Of a DNA stretch of 38,975 nucleotides, positions 22,186 to 32,363 are shown one piece after another. Under the pieces are notes generated by a model that saw nothing but the letters and a program-made list of their open reading frames with translations, was not told the DNA's origin and did no database searches. The DNA is taken from NCBI GenBank assembly GCA_016791345.1, contig JAEUMW010000258.1:1-38975 (forward strand). Reading direction: 5' to 3'. A program made the translations under genes and the position numbers. The DNA is from Betaproteobacteria bacterium. GTDB taxonomy: Bacteria > Pseudomonadota > Gammaproteobacteria > Burkholderiales > JAEUMW01. Position 1 is the first letter of the stretch. Each line of letters opens with the position of its first letter.

Positions 22186-22708
22186 GCCCGTGCTCAAGAT
22201 GGGGGATCCGCGCCTTCTGGTGCCGGCGGAGCCCGTTCGGGAATTCGGCACGCCGGCCCTGGCCGCGCTGCTGCAGGACATGCACGACACCATGGAGGCG
22301 CTCGACGGGGCAGGGCTCGCCGCACCGCAGATCGGCGTCGGCCTGCAGGTGGTGATCTTCGGCGTCAAGCGCAACCCGCGCTATCCGCAAGCCGAAGAGG
22401 TGCCGTACACGGTGCTCGTCAACCCGGAGCTTCTGCCGATCCAGCAGGAAATGGAAGACGGCTGGGAGGGGTGCCTCTCGGTGCCGGGCATGCGCGGTCT
22501 CGTGCCTCGCCACGTCGAACTGCGCTATCGGGGTTTCGACGAGAACGGCACGCCCATCGATCGCACGGTTTCGGGCTTCCACGCGCGCGTCGTGCAGCAC
22601 GAGGTCGACCACCTGCACGGCATCCTCTATCCGATGCGCATACGCGACCTGAGGAACTTCGGCTTCAGCGAGGTACTGTTCCCCGACCTGCCGGTCGCCG
22701 ACGAGTAA
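22175..22708 (+). CDS. def: Peptide deformylase
   Basis: The three PDF motifs are present: [30 protein letters not shown] 22175 overlaps the end of the preceding gene by 11 nt. Confidence 0.93.
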   Translation: MAIRPVLKMGDPRLLVPAEPVREFGTPALAALLQDMHDTMEALDGAGLAAPQIGVGLQVVIFGVKRNPRYPQAEEVPYTVLVNPELLPIQQEMEDGWEGCLSVPGMRGLVPRHVELRYRGFDENGTPIDRTVSGFHARVVQHEVDHLHGILYPMRIRDLRNFGFSEVLFPDLPVADE

Positions 22709-22713
22709 GGAAC

Positions 22714-25302
22714 CTAGGACTCGAGCGCCGCGAGCAGGTCGGATTCCAGCCGCAGGGTCGTTCGCGCCTCGCGCAGCGCCGGCCCGGTCACGAGGAACGT
22801 GTCTTCGGCGCGCTCGCCGAGCGTGTTGATCTTCGCCGTGTGCACGACCACCCCGTAATCGGCAAGGATGCGGGAGATGCGCGAGAGCAGGCCGGGACGG
22901 TCGCCGGCGACGATGGACAGCACGTGGAAGGCGCCGCGTTCGTCCGGATACAGCCCGACCGCCGGCGTGATCGGGAAATGCTTGAGGTGACGCGACAGGC
23001 GGCCGGTGGTCGGCGGCTCGAGCGGGGCCTTGTGCATCAGCCGCTCGGCGAGATCGTGCTCGATGATGCTCAAGACGTCGCGGTAGTGGGCAGTCCGGTT
23101 GAACACGTCCATCACCTGGAAGCTGTCGAGGGCGTAACCGTGGCGCGTCGTGTAGATCTTCGCCTCGACGATGTTGTAGTTCATGCGCTCGAAGAAGCTG
23201 CAGATCTGCGCGAAGAGATCCTTCTCGTCGCGCGTGTAGATCATCACCTGGATGCCCTCGCCGGCGGGCGACAGGCGCGCTTTCACCACCGGCTGGCGCG
23301 TGTTCGGGCGAAAGAAGAGCTGGCGCGTGTGCCACGCGATCTCCTGCGTCTCGTGGCGCAGGAAGTACGCCGTGTCGAGCTTGTCCCAGAGCGCGTCCTC
23401 TGCGCCTTCACCGATCGCATACAGCCGCAGCTTGGTGCGCGACTCGGCCTTGCGCCGCGTGAGCGTCACGTCGATGGCGGAGCCATCACCGGTCAGTGTG
23501 CGCTGCGTCGCCCAGAAAAGATCCTCCAGCAGCTTCGCTTTCCAGCCGTTCCAGACCTTCGGGCTGGTGCCGCGGATGTCGGCAACGGTGAGGAGGTAGA
23601 GCGCCACGAGACGCCGCGGCGTCTGTACGCGGGCGGCGAAACTGCTCACCACCGTGGGATCGGAGAGATCCGACTTCTGCGCCGTCGACGACATCACCAG
23701 GTGATCGTGGACGAGCCAGACGATGAGGTCCGTTGCGTCGCGCGACAGCCCGTGCCGACGGCAGAAGCGCTGGGCATCGACCGCACCGAGTTGCGAGTGG
23801 TCGCCGCCGCGTCCCTTCGCGATGTCGTGAAAGAGCGCCGCGATGTAGAGTAGCTCGGGCTCCCGGAAGTCCGCGATCAGCCGGCTGCACAGCGGATACT
23901 CGTGCGTGAACTCGCGGATCGTGAAACGGCGCAGGTTGCGCAGCACCTTCATGATGTGCTCGTCCACGGTGTAGACGTGGAAGAGGTCGTGCTGCATCTG
24001 GCCGACGATGCGCCCGAATTCGGGCAGGTAGCGCGCCAGAACGCCGCACTGGTTCATGAGGCGCAGCACGCGCATCACCGAGTGGGGCTCGCGCAGTATG
24101 GCGAGGAACAGCGCGTGATTGCGCGGGTCGCGGCGGAAGGCGCTGCCGATCAGGCGGCAGGCGCGGCGCAGCGCCCGCAGCGTTGCCGGGCCGATCCCCT
24201 TCAGCTCGAGGTGCTGCTGCAGAATCAGGAAAATTTCGAGGATGGCCGTGGGTTCGCGCTCGAAGAGGTCGTCGGTGCACCCTTCGAGCAGTTCATGGCG
24301 CGCCTCGAAGCGCTCGTTCAGCGGCTGGGGTGCCGCCTCCGGCGGCGGCAGGATGCGCGCGCGCAGGTTCAGGAGCAGGATGTTGTTGAGATCGCGGACA
24401 TCGTTGGCGGTGCGATAGAAGCGCTGCATGAGCTGCTCGCTCGCGCGGCGCGCCACGCTCTCGCGATAGCCCAGTTCCTTCGCCAGCAGATTCTGGTAGT
24501 CGAACAGCAGGCGGTCTTCGCGCCGACCGGCGAGGTAGTGCAGGCGCACGCGCAGGCTGCGCAGGAAAAGCTCGTGCCGCTTGATCTCGCGTGCTTCGTC
24601 GCGGGTGATGAGCTGTTCGGCCGCGAGATCGTCCCAGGAGCGCCCGAGGTGCGCCGCCCGGCTGATCCAGAGAATGTTCTGCAGATCGCGCAATCCGCCG
24701 GGGCACTCCTTGAGATTCGGCTCCAGGTTATAGGCGGTGTCGTTGGAACGGTTGTAGCGCTGGCGTTGTTCGAATTGCTTGGCGAGGAAGAAGCTCTTCG
24801 CATCCAGGTCCCGGTTGAGAGTGATCTGCAGGCAGGCGTACTGCTTGCGGCTGCCTGCCAGCCGCCGTGCCTCGAGCAGGTTGGTCTGGATGGTGACGTC
24901 CTGCGCCGCAAGCTCGATGCACTCCTCGACGGTGCGCACGCTGTGCCCGATGTCGAGCCCGATATCCCACAGAATGCCGACGAGTTCCTCGATGTGGCGC
25001 TGATAGCGGCCGCCGCCGCCGGGCGGCAGCAGGATCAGCACGTCGATGTCGGAATACGGAAAGAGCTCGCCGCGCCCGTAGCCGCCGACGGCCACCAGTG
25101 CCATGTCTGCCGGCAGGTCGAGGCTGCGCCAGATGGTCTTGAGCAGGCTGTCGACCAGTTGCCGATGCTGGGCCAGCACGAACGACACGGGCGAGCCGAG
25201 CATGAACCCCTTGCGCAGCCCCTCCCGTCCCTCTTTCAGTACCTGCTTCCACAGCGGCACCGAAGGCGACGGCTTGACGGCGGCGGGCGGCGCGATCTCC
25301 AC
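22714..25302 (-). CDS. glnD: Bifunctional [protein-PII] uridylyltransferase/uridylyl-removing enzyme
   Basis: Nucleotidyltransferase motif GGYGRGELFPYSDIDVLILL, HD domain LFHDIAKGRGGDHS, and two C-terminal ACT-like regions. GTG 25302 lies 5 nt after the map stop and gives 862 aa. The track ORF to 25707 is over-extended. Confidence 0.92.
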   Translation of the reverse strand: MEIAPPAAVKPSPSVPLWKQVLKEGREGLRKGFMLGSPVSFVLAQHRQLVDSLLKTIWRSLDLPADMALVAVGGYGRGELFPYSDIDVLILLPPGGGGRYQRHIEELVGILWDIGLDIGHSVRTVEECIELAAQDVTIQTNLLEARRLAGSRKQYACLQITLNRDLDAKSFFLAKQFEQRQRYNRSNDTAYNLEPNLKECPGGLRDLQNILWISRAAHLGRSWDDLAAEQLITRDEAREIKRHELFLRSLRVRLHYLAGRREDRLLFDYQNLLAKELGYRESVARRASEQLMQRFYRTANDVRDLNNILLLNLRARILPPPEAAPQPLNERFEARHELLEGCTDDLFEREPTAILEIFLILQQHLELKGIGPATLRALRRACRLIGSAFRRDPRNHALFLAILREPHSVMRVLRLMNQCGVLARYLPEFGRIVGQMQHDLFHVYTVDEHIMKVLRNLRRFTIREFTHEYPLCSRLIADFREPELLYIAALFHDIAKGRGGDHSQLGAVDAQRFCRRHGLSRDATDLIVWLVHDHLVMSSTAQKSDLSDPTVVSSFAARVQTPRRLVALYLLTVADIRGTSPKVWNGWKAKLLEDLFWATQRTLTGDGSAIDVTLTRRKAESRTKLRLYAIGEGAEDALWDKLDTAYFLRHETQEIAWHTRQLFFRPNTRQPVVKARLSPAGEGIQVMIYTRDEKDLFAQICSFFERMNYNIVEAKIYTTRHGYALDSFQVMDVFNRTAHYRDVLSIIEHDLAERLMHKAPLEPPTTGRLSRHLKHFPITPAVGLYPDERGAFHVLSIVAGDRPGLLSRISRILADYGVVVHTAKINTLGERAEDTFLVTGPALREARTTLRLESDLLAALES

Positions 25303-25307
25303 GGCGC

Positions 25308-26111
25308 TTAGGTTCCGACGAAGACAGGGGCGGGGGCCGATCCCTCCGACCAGGTCAGCACCTCGAAGCCGGTCTCGGTCACGAGGATGGTGTGCTCCCA
25401 CTGTGCCGAAAGACTGTGGTCCTTGGTGACGACGGTCCAGCCGTCCGCCAGCTGGCGAATCGCCGCGCGCCCGGCGTTGACCATCGGCTCCACCGTAAAG
25501 GTCATCCCCGCCTGCAGCCGCAGCCCGGTACCGGGGCGGCCGTAGTGCAGCACCTGCGGTTCCTCGTGGAAGCGGGCACCGATGCCGTGTCCGCAGAATT
25601 CCCGCACGATGCTGAAACCGTGCGCTTCGGCATGGGCCTGGATGACGTGGCCGACGTCGCCGAGGTGCGCGCCGGGGCGCACCGCCGCAATGCCCTTCCA
25701 CATGCATTCGAAGGTGATCTCCGATAGCCGCCGCGCCTGGATGGACGGCTCGCCGACGTAGAACATGCGGCTCGTATCACCGTGGTAACCGTCCTTGATC
25801 ACCGTGATGTCGAGATTGACGACGTCGCCCACCCGCAGTCGCCTGTCGCCGGGGATGCCGTGACACACGACGTGGTTCACCGAGGTGCAGATCGAGCGCG
25901 GAAACGGCTCGTATCCCGGCGGCGCATAGTTCAACGGCGCGGGGACGGCCTGCTGGACATCGACCATGTAGTGATGGCAGAGGTCATCGAGCTCTCCGGT
26001 GGTGACGCCCGGCTTGACATAGGGTGCGATGAAATCCAGAACCTCCGCGGCCAGCCGGCCGGCGACGCGCATCTTGTCGATCTCTGCCGGGTTCTTGATG
26101 GTGACGGACAT
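25308..26111 (-). CDS. map: Methionine aminopeptidase, type I
   Basis: MSVTIKNPAEIDKMRVAG..., metal ligands in context (VNLDITV, GHGIG, FTVEP, WEHT). I prefer ATG 26111 over TTG 26135. Confidence 0.95.
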   Translation of the reverse strand: MSVTIKNPAEIDKMRVAGRLAAEVLDFIAPYVKPGVTTGELDDLCHHYMVDVQQAVPAPLNYAPPGYEPFPRSICTSVNHVVCHGIPGDRRLRVGDVVNLDITVIKDGYHGDTSRMFYVGEPSIQARRLSEITFECMWKGIAAVRPGAHLGDVGHVIQAHAEAHGFSIVREFCGHGIGARFHEEPQVLHYGRPGTGLRLQAGMTFTVEPMVNAGRAAIRQLADGWTVVTKDHSLSAQWEHTILVTETGFEVLTWSEGSAPAPVFVGT

Positions 26112-26224
26112 TGTCAGAGTGAGAAGGATTCGCAAGCGACGTGGACCGCCTCATTCTACCGGACTGCTGCGGCAGTAGTGCCGATCACGGCGCCATCCCG
26201 CATTCCATGCGCACGTCCCGACCC

Positions 26225-26254
26225 TTGAGCCGCGCCAACCACGTCGCGTATACT
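26225..26254 (+). promoter_or_regulatory. Candidate sigma70 promoter of the rpsB-tsf operon (TTGAGC-N18-TATACT)
   Basis: -35 TTGAGC at 26225-26230 and -10 TATACT at 26249-26254, about 195 nt upstream of the rpsB GTG. It is the only good -35/-10 pair I see in the 314-nt map/rpsB spacer. Confidence 0.45.
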
Positions 26255-26449
26255 CTGCGGTTATTTTTGCGGCGCCGGCCATGGGATCCTGGTCTCTTGT
26301 CGGCGACTACTCACACCTGCCCGAGTCAGGCGTCCCTGTCGTCAGGGGCGAGTCAAGGGTGCCCCGCCCACGCGGGGTGGCTGGCGGATGCCATCATCGG
26401 CCGGCCGTGCAGGTGGCGGATCAACCCTTAGCAGACGGAGTCATCGAAC

Positions 26450-27205
26450 GTGTCAGTCACCATGCGCCAGATGTTGGAGGCGGGGGTCCATTTTGGACAT
26501 CAAACCCGCTATTGGAATCCGAAGATGGCCCCTTTCATCTTCGGCCAGCGCAACCGGATCCACATCATCAATCTCGAGTCGTCGCTGGCGATGTACCTGG
26601 ACGCGCTCAAGTACGTGCGCCAGCTCGCCTCCAACAAGGGAACCATTCTTTTCGTCGGCACCAAGCGCCAGGCGCGCGAGATCGTGCGCGAGGAGGCGAG
26701 CCGCTGCGGTTCGCCCTATGTCGATCAGCGCTGGCTCGGTGGCATGCTCACCAATTTCAAGACGGTGAAGCAGTCCATCAAGCGCCTGCGCGAGATGGAA
26801 GCCACCATCGCCGATGGCTCGGTCGAGCGCATGTCGAAGAAGGAAGCGCTTTTCTTCCAGCGCGAACTCGACAAGCTGCTGAAGAGCATGGGCGGGATCA
26901 AGGACATGGACGGTCTGCCCGATGCCGTCTTCATCATCGATGTCGGCTACCAGAAGGGCGCGGTGCAGGAAGCGAAGAAACTCGGTATCCCGGTGATCGG
27001 CGTCGTCGACACGAACAATTCGATCGAGGGTGTCAATTACGTCATTCCCGGCAATGATGATTCGAGCGGCGCCATCCGGCTGTATGCCCGCGGCGTGGCG
27101 GACGCGATCCTGGAAGGGCGCAGCCAGATCATCCGCGAAATCGTGAGCGACGAGTTCGTCGAGCTGGAGGAAGGCGGCGACGAGGGTGTTCCCGCGCCGC
27201 AGTAG
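26450..27205 (+). CDS. rpsB: 30S ribosomal protein S2
   Basis: [26 protein letters not shown] is colinear with E. coli S2. GTG start 8 nt after ACGGAG. Confidence 0.97.
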   Translation: MSVTMRQMLEAGVHFGHQTRYWNPKMAPFIFGQRNRIHIINLESSLAMYLDALKYVRQLASNKGTILFVGTKRQAREIVREEASRCGSPYVDQRWLGGMLTNFKTVKQSIKRLREMEATIADGSVERMSKKEALFFQRELDKLLKSMGGIKDMDGLPDAVFIIDVGYQKGAVQEAKKLGIPVIGVVDTNNSIEGVNYVIPGNDDSSGAIRLYARGVADAILEGRSQIIREIVSDEFVELEEGGDEGVPAPQ

Positions 27206-27271
27206 CGTTTGTCGGGTGTCGTCGAACAGCACGCGTGCGGGCACGACGCTCGCCGCAACGGAGATCGGGTA

Positions 27272-28150
27272 ATGGCGGAAATCACCGCATCGATGGTGAA
27301 GGAACTGCGCGAGGCGACCGGCCTCGGCATGATGGAATGCAAGAAAGCCCTGGCGGAAACCGGCGGCGACATGAAGGCGGCGGCCGATCTGCTCAGGATC
27401 AAGAGCGGCGCAAAGGCGAGCAAGGCAGCCGGACGCACCGCCGCCGAGGGCGTGGTCAGCGCGTGGATCGCACAGGACGGGAAGGTCGGCGCGCTGCTGG
27501 AAGTCAACTGCGAAACGGATTTCGTATCGCGCAACGAGGACTTTGCCGATTTCTCGCGCAAGCTCGCGCGCCTGGTCGGCGAGCGGAATCCAGCGGACGT
27601 CGCTGCGCTGTCCAGCCTGGAACTCGACGGGGTGAGCGTCGAAGCGGCACGCCAGGCGCTGGTGCAGAAGATCGGCGAGAACATCAGCGTGCGACGCTTC
27701 GCCCGCTTTGCCACGAACGACACGCTCGCCTTTTACCTGCACGGCACCCGCATCGGTGTGCTGGTGGATTACACGGGTGGCGACGAGCAGTTGGGCAAGG
27801 ATATTGCAATGCACATCGCCGCCAGCAAGCCGCTGTCCGTCGCGAAAGACGAGATCCCGGTCGACGTGCTCGCGAAGGAACGCGAGATCTACACGGCGCA
27901 GGCAGCCGAAAGCGGCAAACCGGCGAACATCGTCGAGAAGATGGTGGAAGGCCGGATCGTCAAGTATCTCGCCGAAGTCACCCTGTTGGGGCAACCATTC
28001 GTGAAGGATCCCGACCTCACCGTCGAAAAACTCCTCGCGTCCAAGCGTGCACGCGTCAACCGCTTCGCGCTGTTCGTGGTGGGTGAGGGCATCGAGAAGA
28101 AGTCGGCAGACTTCGCGCAGGAAGTTATGGCCGCCGCGGCGATGAAATAG
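27272..28150 (+). CDS. tsf: Translation elongation factor Ts
   Basis: [37 protein letters not shown]-like N-terminus. GGAG lies 8 nt upstream of ATG 27272. Confidence 0.97.
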   Translation: MAEITASMVKELREATGLGMMECKKALAETGGDMKAAADLLRIKSGAKASKAAGRTAAEGVVSAWIAQDGKVGALLEVNCETDFVSRNEDFADFSRKLARLVGERNPADVAALSSLELDGVSVEAARQALVQKIGENISVRRFARFATNDTLAFYLHGTRIGVLVDYTGGDEQLGKDIAMHIAASKPLSVAKDEIPVDVLAKEREIYTAQAAESGKPANIVEKMVEGRIVKYLAEVTLLGQPFVKDPDLTVEKLLASKRARVNRFALFVVGEGIEKKSADFAQEVMAAAAMK

Positions 28151-28176
28151 CGTCTCGCCCCGCGTGCCGACGAAAG

Positions 28177-28917
28177 ATGAGTCACCTCGCACCCGCTGCC
28201 GCTGAAGCCCCGGCTTATCGCCGCGTGCTGCTCAAGCTGAGCGGCGAAGCGCTGATGGGGGACGATCGCTACGGCATCAACCGGGAAACCCTCGAGCGCA
28301 TCGTGTCGGAAGTGGCCGATGTCGTGCGCATGGGCGTCGAAGTTGCAGTGGTGATCGGGGGCGGTAACATCTTCCGCGGGGTTGCCCCGGCCGCAGCGGG
28401 GATGGACCGGGCGACAGCAGACTACATCGGCATGCTGGCGACGGTGATGAATGCGCTTGCACTGCAGGATGCGATGCGCCGGATCGGGCTCGCGAGCCGT
28501 GTCCAGTCCGCACTCACCATCGAGCAGGTGGCGGAACCGTACATTCGCGGCAAGGCCATGCGCTATCTCGAGGAAGGAAAGGTCGTGATCTTTGCCGCCG
28601 GAACCGGCAACCCCTTCTTCACGACGGATACCGCTGCGGCGTTGCGCGGCATGGAAATGAACGCCGAACTCGTGATCAAGGCCACCAAGGTCGATGGCGT
28701 CTATACCGACGACCCCAAGCGCAATCCGGAGGCAAAGCTCTATCAGCGGCTCACCTTCGACGAGGCCATCGTCCGCAACCTGAAGGTGATGGATGCCACC
28801 GCCCTGACGTTGTGCCGTGATCAGCGTCTGCCGATCAACGTGTTCAACATCTTCAAGCCGGCTGCATTCAAGCGCGTCATCCTCGGGCTCGACGAGGGCA
28901 CGATGGTGCACTGCTGA
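28177..28917 (+). CDS. pyrH: UMP kinase
   Basis: [13 protein letters not shown]...[11 protein letters not shown]...[14 protein letters not shown] is typical PyrH. Confidence 0.97.
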   Translation: MSHLAPAAAEAPAYRRVLLKLSGEALMGDDRYGINRETLERIVSEVADVVRMGVEVAVVIGGGNIFRGVAPAAAGMDRATADYIGMLATVMNALALQDAMRRIGLASRVQSALTIEQVAEPYIRGKAMRYLEEGKVVIFAAGTGNPFFTTDTAAALRGMEMNAELVIKATKVDGVYTDDPKRNPEAKLYQRLTFDEAIVRNLKVMDATALTLCRDQRLPINVFNIFKPAAFKRVILGLDEGTMVHC

Positions 28918-28942
28918 GCCGCCCCCTGCGAGGCCCGACTCG

Positions 28943-29500
28943 ATGATCGCCGACGTCAAGAAGAATGCTGAGCACAAGATGAGCCGCACGCTGGAAACAC
29001 TCAAGGCCGATCTCGCCAAGGTGCGCACCGGACGTGCGCACACCGGGCTGCTCGATCACATCACCGTCGACTATTACGGAACCCCCACGCCTATCAACCA
29101 GGTTGCCAACGTCACCCTGGTCGATGCCCGCACGATCGGTGTCGCGCCGTGGGAGAAGAAGATGGCCTCGGCGATCGAGAAGGCGATCCGCGATTCCGAT
29201 CTCGGGCTCAACCCGGCGACGGTGGGTGAACTGGTGCGCGTGCCGATGCCGGCGCTCACCGAGGAGCGTCGGCGCGATCTGATCAAGGTCGTTCGCCACG
29301 AGGCCGAGAATGCACGCGTGGCCGTGCGCAATGTGCGGCGCGACGCGATCGCGCATCTGAAGGATCTCTTGAAGAGCAAGAGCATTTCCGAGGACGACGA
29401 GCGCCGCGCCCAGGAAGACATCCAGAAACTGACAGACCGCTTTATCGCCGAGGTCGACAAGACTTTGCAGGTAAAGGAGTCCGATCTGATGGCGGTGTGA
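28943..29500 (+). CDS. frr: Ribosome recycling factor
   Basis: [32 protein letters not shown]..., 185 aa. The track ORF from 28817 is over-extended. Confidence 0.97.
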   Translation: MIADVKKNAEHKMSRTLETLKADLAKVRTGRAHTGLLDHITVDYYGTPTPINQVANVTLVDARTIGVAPWEKKMASAIEKAIRDSDLGLNPATVGELVRVPMPALTEERRRDLIKVVRHEAENARVAVRNVRRDAIAHLKDLLKSKSISEDDERRAQEDIQKLTDRFIAEVDKTLQVKESDLMAV

Positions 29501-30291
29501 GCGTGAACAGGCATATCAGTTCTACCCTTTCCATTCCCCAGGTCGGCGCGGTACCGCGTCACATTGCCGTCATCATGGACGGCAACGGGCGTTGGGCGAA
29601 GAATCGCTTCCTCCCCAGAGTGGCGGGTCACAAGCGGGGTGTGGAATCGGTGCGCGCAACCGTCAAGGGCTGCGTCGAGTTCGGCGTGCAATACCTCACC
29701 CTGTTCGCGTTCAGCAGCGAGAACTGGCGTCGGCCGGAGAAAGAGGTGTCGGTCCTGATGCAACTCTTCGTGCGGACGCTCGAAAGCGAAGTGGAAAGGT
29801 TGCACGAAAACGGCATCCGCTTTCGCGTGATCGGCGATCTCACGCCCTTCGAACCGCGGTTGCGCCAGCTCATTGCAGCGGCAGAGCAGCTTACCGCGGC
29901 CAACGAGCGCTTGACGCTCACCGTTGCAGCGAATTACGGCGGCCGCTGGGACATCCTTCAGGCCACGCGGCGCATGCTCGCAGCGCGGCCGGAACTCGCC
30001 GATGGCAGTTTCAGCGAGGCTGACCTCACCGCCTATCTCTCGATGAGCTACGCTCCCGAGCCGGATCTTTTCATACGCACCGGGGGCGAGAAGCGGATCA
30101 GCAACTTCCTCGTCTGGCAGTTGGCTTACAGCGAGCTGTACTTCACCGACACCCTGTGGCCCGACTTCGACCGCAATGCGCTCGCGCGTGCGATCGAGTC
30201 GTATGGAACCCGTGAGCGCCGTTTCGGGCGCACCAGCGAGCAGTTGCAAACCGCCGTCGAGGTTCCGCTCACGGTCGCCAAGCTCGGGTAG
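29497..30291 (+). CDS. uppS: Ditrans,polycis-undecaprenyl-diphosphate synthase
   Basis: [13 protein letters not shown] and [11 protein letters not shown] motifs. GTG 29497 overlaps the frr stop; GTG 29503 is an alternative. Confidence 0.95.
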   Translation: MSVNRHISSTLSIPQVGAVPRHIAVIMDGNGRWAKNRFLPRVAGHKRGVESVRATVKGCVEFGVQYLTLFAFSSENWRRPEKEVSVLMQLFVRTLESEVERLHENGIRFRVIGDLTPFEPRLRQLIAAAEQLTAANERLTLTVAANYGGRWDILQATRRMLAARPELADGSFSEADLTAYLSMSYAPEPDLFIRTGGEKRISNFLVWQLAYSELYFTDTLWPDFDRNALARAIESYGTRERRFGRTSEQLQTAVEVPLTVAKLG

Positions 30292-30322
30292 TCGCGGTTT
30301 CTTCGCAGCAGGCTCACGCAGC

Positions 30323-31129
30323 ATGCTGAAGCAGCGCATCGCCACCGCGGCGGCGCTGCTCGCGCTCTTTGTCGCCGCTGATTTCTACCTTTCCACATCC
30401 GCCTGGGGATTGCTGTTGCTGATCCCGCTTGCGCTGGGGGCGTGGGAGTGGGCTTCTCTGGCGAGGCTTTCCAGACCGGGCCACATGGCGTTCGCCGGCG
30501 CGGTGGTCGGCAGCAGCCTGGGCCTGCTTTTCACCGGGCCCGCCGTCGGCACGGACGCCATCTCCGTCGGATTGCTGGCCCTGACGGTGGCCTTCTGGGG
30601 GATGATCGTCCCGCTCTGGCTGTACCGGGGATGGCATCCAACGTCACCCGCGACGCTTGCGGTCGTGGGCTGGCTGGTGCTGGTGCCAGGCTGGTACGGC
30701 GCCGTCGTCCTGCATCGCGATCCCCTACTACTGCTCTGCCTGCTGGCGGTGGTCTGGGTTGCAGATACCGCGGCGTACTTCGCCGGACGACGTTTCGGGC
30801 GCCACAAGCTCGCGCCCTCGATCAGCCCCGGCAAGACCTGGGAGGGCGTAGGCGGAGCACTGGTGGGCGTGTTACTGTACGCCTCGATTCTGGAGCGGGC
30901 GGCGATGGCCGGACTCCCCAGCGTGCGTATCGATGGCCTCTACCCGTTGGCTGTGGGCATGACGATTCTCGGCATACTGGGCGACCTTTTCGAGTCCTGG
31001 ATCAAGCGGCAGGCAGGCGTCAAGGACAGCGGCACGCTCCTGCCGGGGCATGGCGGCGTCCTCGACCGGATCGACGCCCTGGCAGCCGCGGTTCCGTTTG
31101 CGGCCCTTTGGATCCTCCTCGATCGATAG
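30323..31129 (+). CDS. cdsA: Phosphatidate cytidylyltransferase
   Basis: Polytopic membrane protein with the CdsA signature SWIKRQAGVKDSGTLLPGHGGVLDRID. ATG 30323. Confidence 0.9.
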   Translation: MLKQRIATAAALLALFVAADFYLSTSAWGLLLLIPLALGAWEWASLARLSRPGHMAFAGAVVGSSLGLLFTGPAVGTDAISVGLLALTVAFWGMIVPLWLYRGWHPTSPATLAVVGWLVLVPGWYGAVVLHRDPLLLLCLLAVVWVADTAAYFAGRRFGRHKLAPSISPGKTWEGVGGALVGVLLYASILERAAMAGLPSVRIDGLYPLAVGMTILGILGDLFESWIKRQAGVKDSGTLLPGHGGVLDRIDALAAAVPFAALWILLDR

Positions 31130-31135
31130 AAACCG

Positions 31136-32323
31136 ATGGCTGCAGTTCAATCCCTCACCATCCTCGGATCGACCGGCAGCATCGGCGCCAGCACGCTCGA
31201 CGTGGTTGGGCGGCATCCGGACCGTTTCCGCGTGCTGGCGCTGTCCGCGAATACGCAATCCGACCGCCTCTTCGAGCAGTGCGTACGCTTTCAGCCTCGC
31301 TATGCCGTGGCCGTCGACGCTCGCGCGGCCGCCAGCTTGCGCGAGCGTTTGCGCAGCGCAGGGAGCGATACCGAGGTGCTGTCGGGCACCGCGGCGCTGG
31401 AGGAGATCGTACGGCTGCCCGAGGTGGACGTAGTGATGGCCGCCATCGTCGGGGCGGCGGGCCTCCGGGCGGGGCTGGCGGCGGCAGAAGCCGGCAAGAA
31501 GGTTCTGCTCGCCAACAAGGAAGCGCTGGTCATGGCCGGGCCGCTCTTCATCGATGCGGTGCGCCGCAACCGCGCCGTGCTGTTGCCGATCGACAGCGAG
31601 CACAACGCCATCTTCCAGGCGCTGCCGCGGCATTTCCGCGGCAATCTGGACGAGGTGGGCGTGCGTCGCATCGTACTGACCGCCTCCGGCGGGCCGTTCC
31701 GCGACGCCTCGCCCGAACTGCTCGCGGGCGTCACCCCGGCGCAGGCTTGTGCCCATCCGAACTGGAACATGGGGCGCAAGATCTCGGTCGATTCGGCGAC
31801 GCTGATGAACAAGGGGCTCGAGGTCATCGAAGCGCACTGGCTCTTCGACGCGCCGCCCGAGCGCATCAAGGTCGTCGTGCATCCGCAGAGTGTGATCCAC
31901 TCCATGGTCGAATACGTCGATGGGTCGGTCCTCGCGCAGCTCGGCAACCCGGACATGCGCACACCGATTGCACACGCGCTGGCCTTCCCCGATCGTATCG
32001 ACGCCGGTGTTGCGGCGCTCGACCTGGTCGAAGTCGGCGCGCTTACCTTCGAAGCGCCGGATCCGGCGCGCTTCCCGTGCCTGCGGCTTGCATACGATGC
32101 GCTGCGCGCGGGCGGTACCGCCCCGGCGATCCTCAACGCGGCCAATGAGATCGCAGTGGCGGCGTTTCTCGACAACCGGCTGCGCTTCGTCGAGATTCCG
32201 CACATCATCGAAACCGTGATGCAGCGGGTTGCGAGCACGCCCGCCGCGTCGATCGAGGACGTGCTCGCCGCCGACTGCCACGCCCGGGATGCGGCGTCGG
32301 CCCTGTTGCGGGCTGCTGCGTGA
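31136..32323 (+). CDS. dxr: 1-deoxy-D-xylulose 5-phosphate reductoisomerase
   Basis: [20 protein letters not shown] motif, [19 protein letters not shown], and HPNWNMG. Confidence 0.97.
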   Translation: MAAVQSLTILGSTGSIGASTLDVVGRHPDRFRVLALSANTQSDRLFEQCVRFQPRYAVAVDARAAASLRERLRSAGSDTEVLSGTAALEEIVRLPEVDVVMAAIVGAAGLRAGLAAAEAGKKVLLANKEALVMAGPLFIDAVRRNRAVLLPIDSEHNAIFQALPRHFRGNLDEVGVRRIVLTASGGPFRDASPELLAGVTPAQACAHPNWNMGRKISVDSATLMNKGLEVIEAHWLFDAPPERIKVVVHPQSVIHSMVEYVDGSVLAQLGNPDMRTPIAHALAFPDRIDAGVAALDLVEVGALTFEAPDPARFPCLRLAYDALRAGGTAPAILNAANEIAVAAFLDNRLRFVEIPHIIETVMQRVASTPAASIEDVLAADCHARDAASALLRAAA

Positions 32324-32363
32324 CCCGCTCACGCCTACTGCCCATCCCGATTGGAGGTGAACC

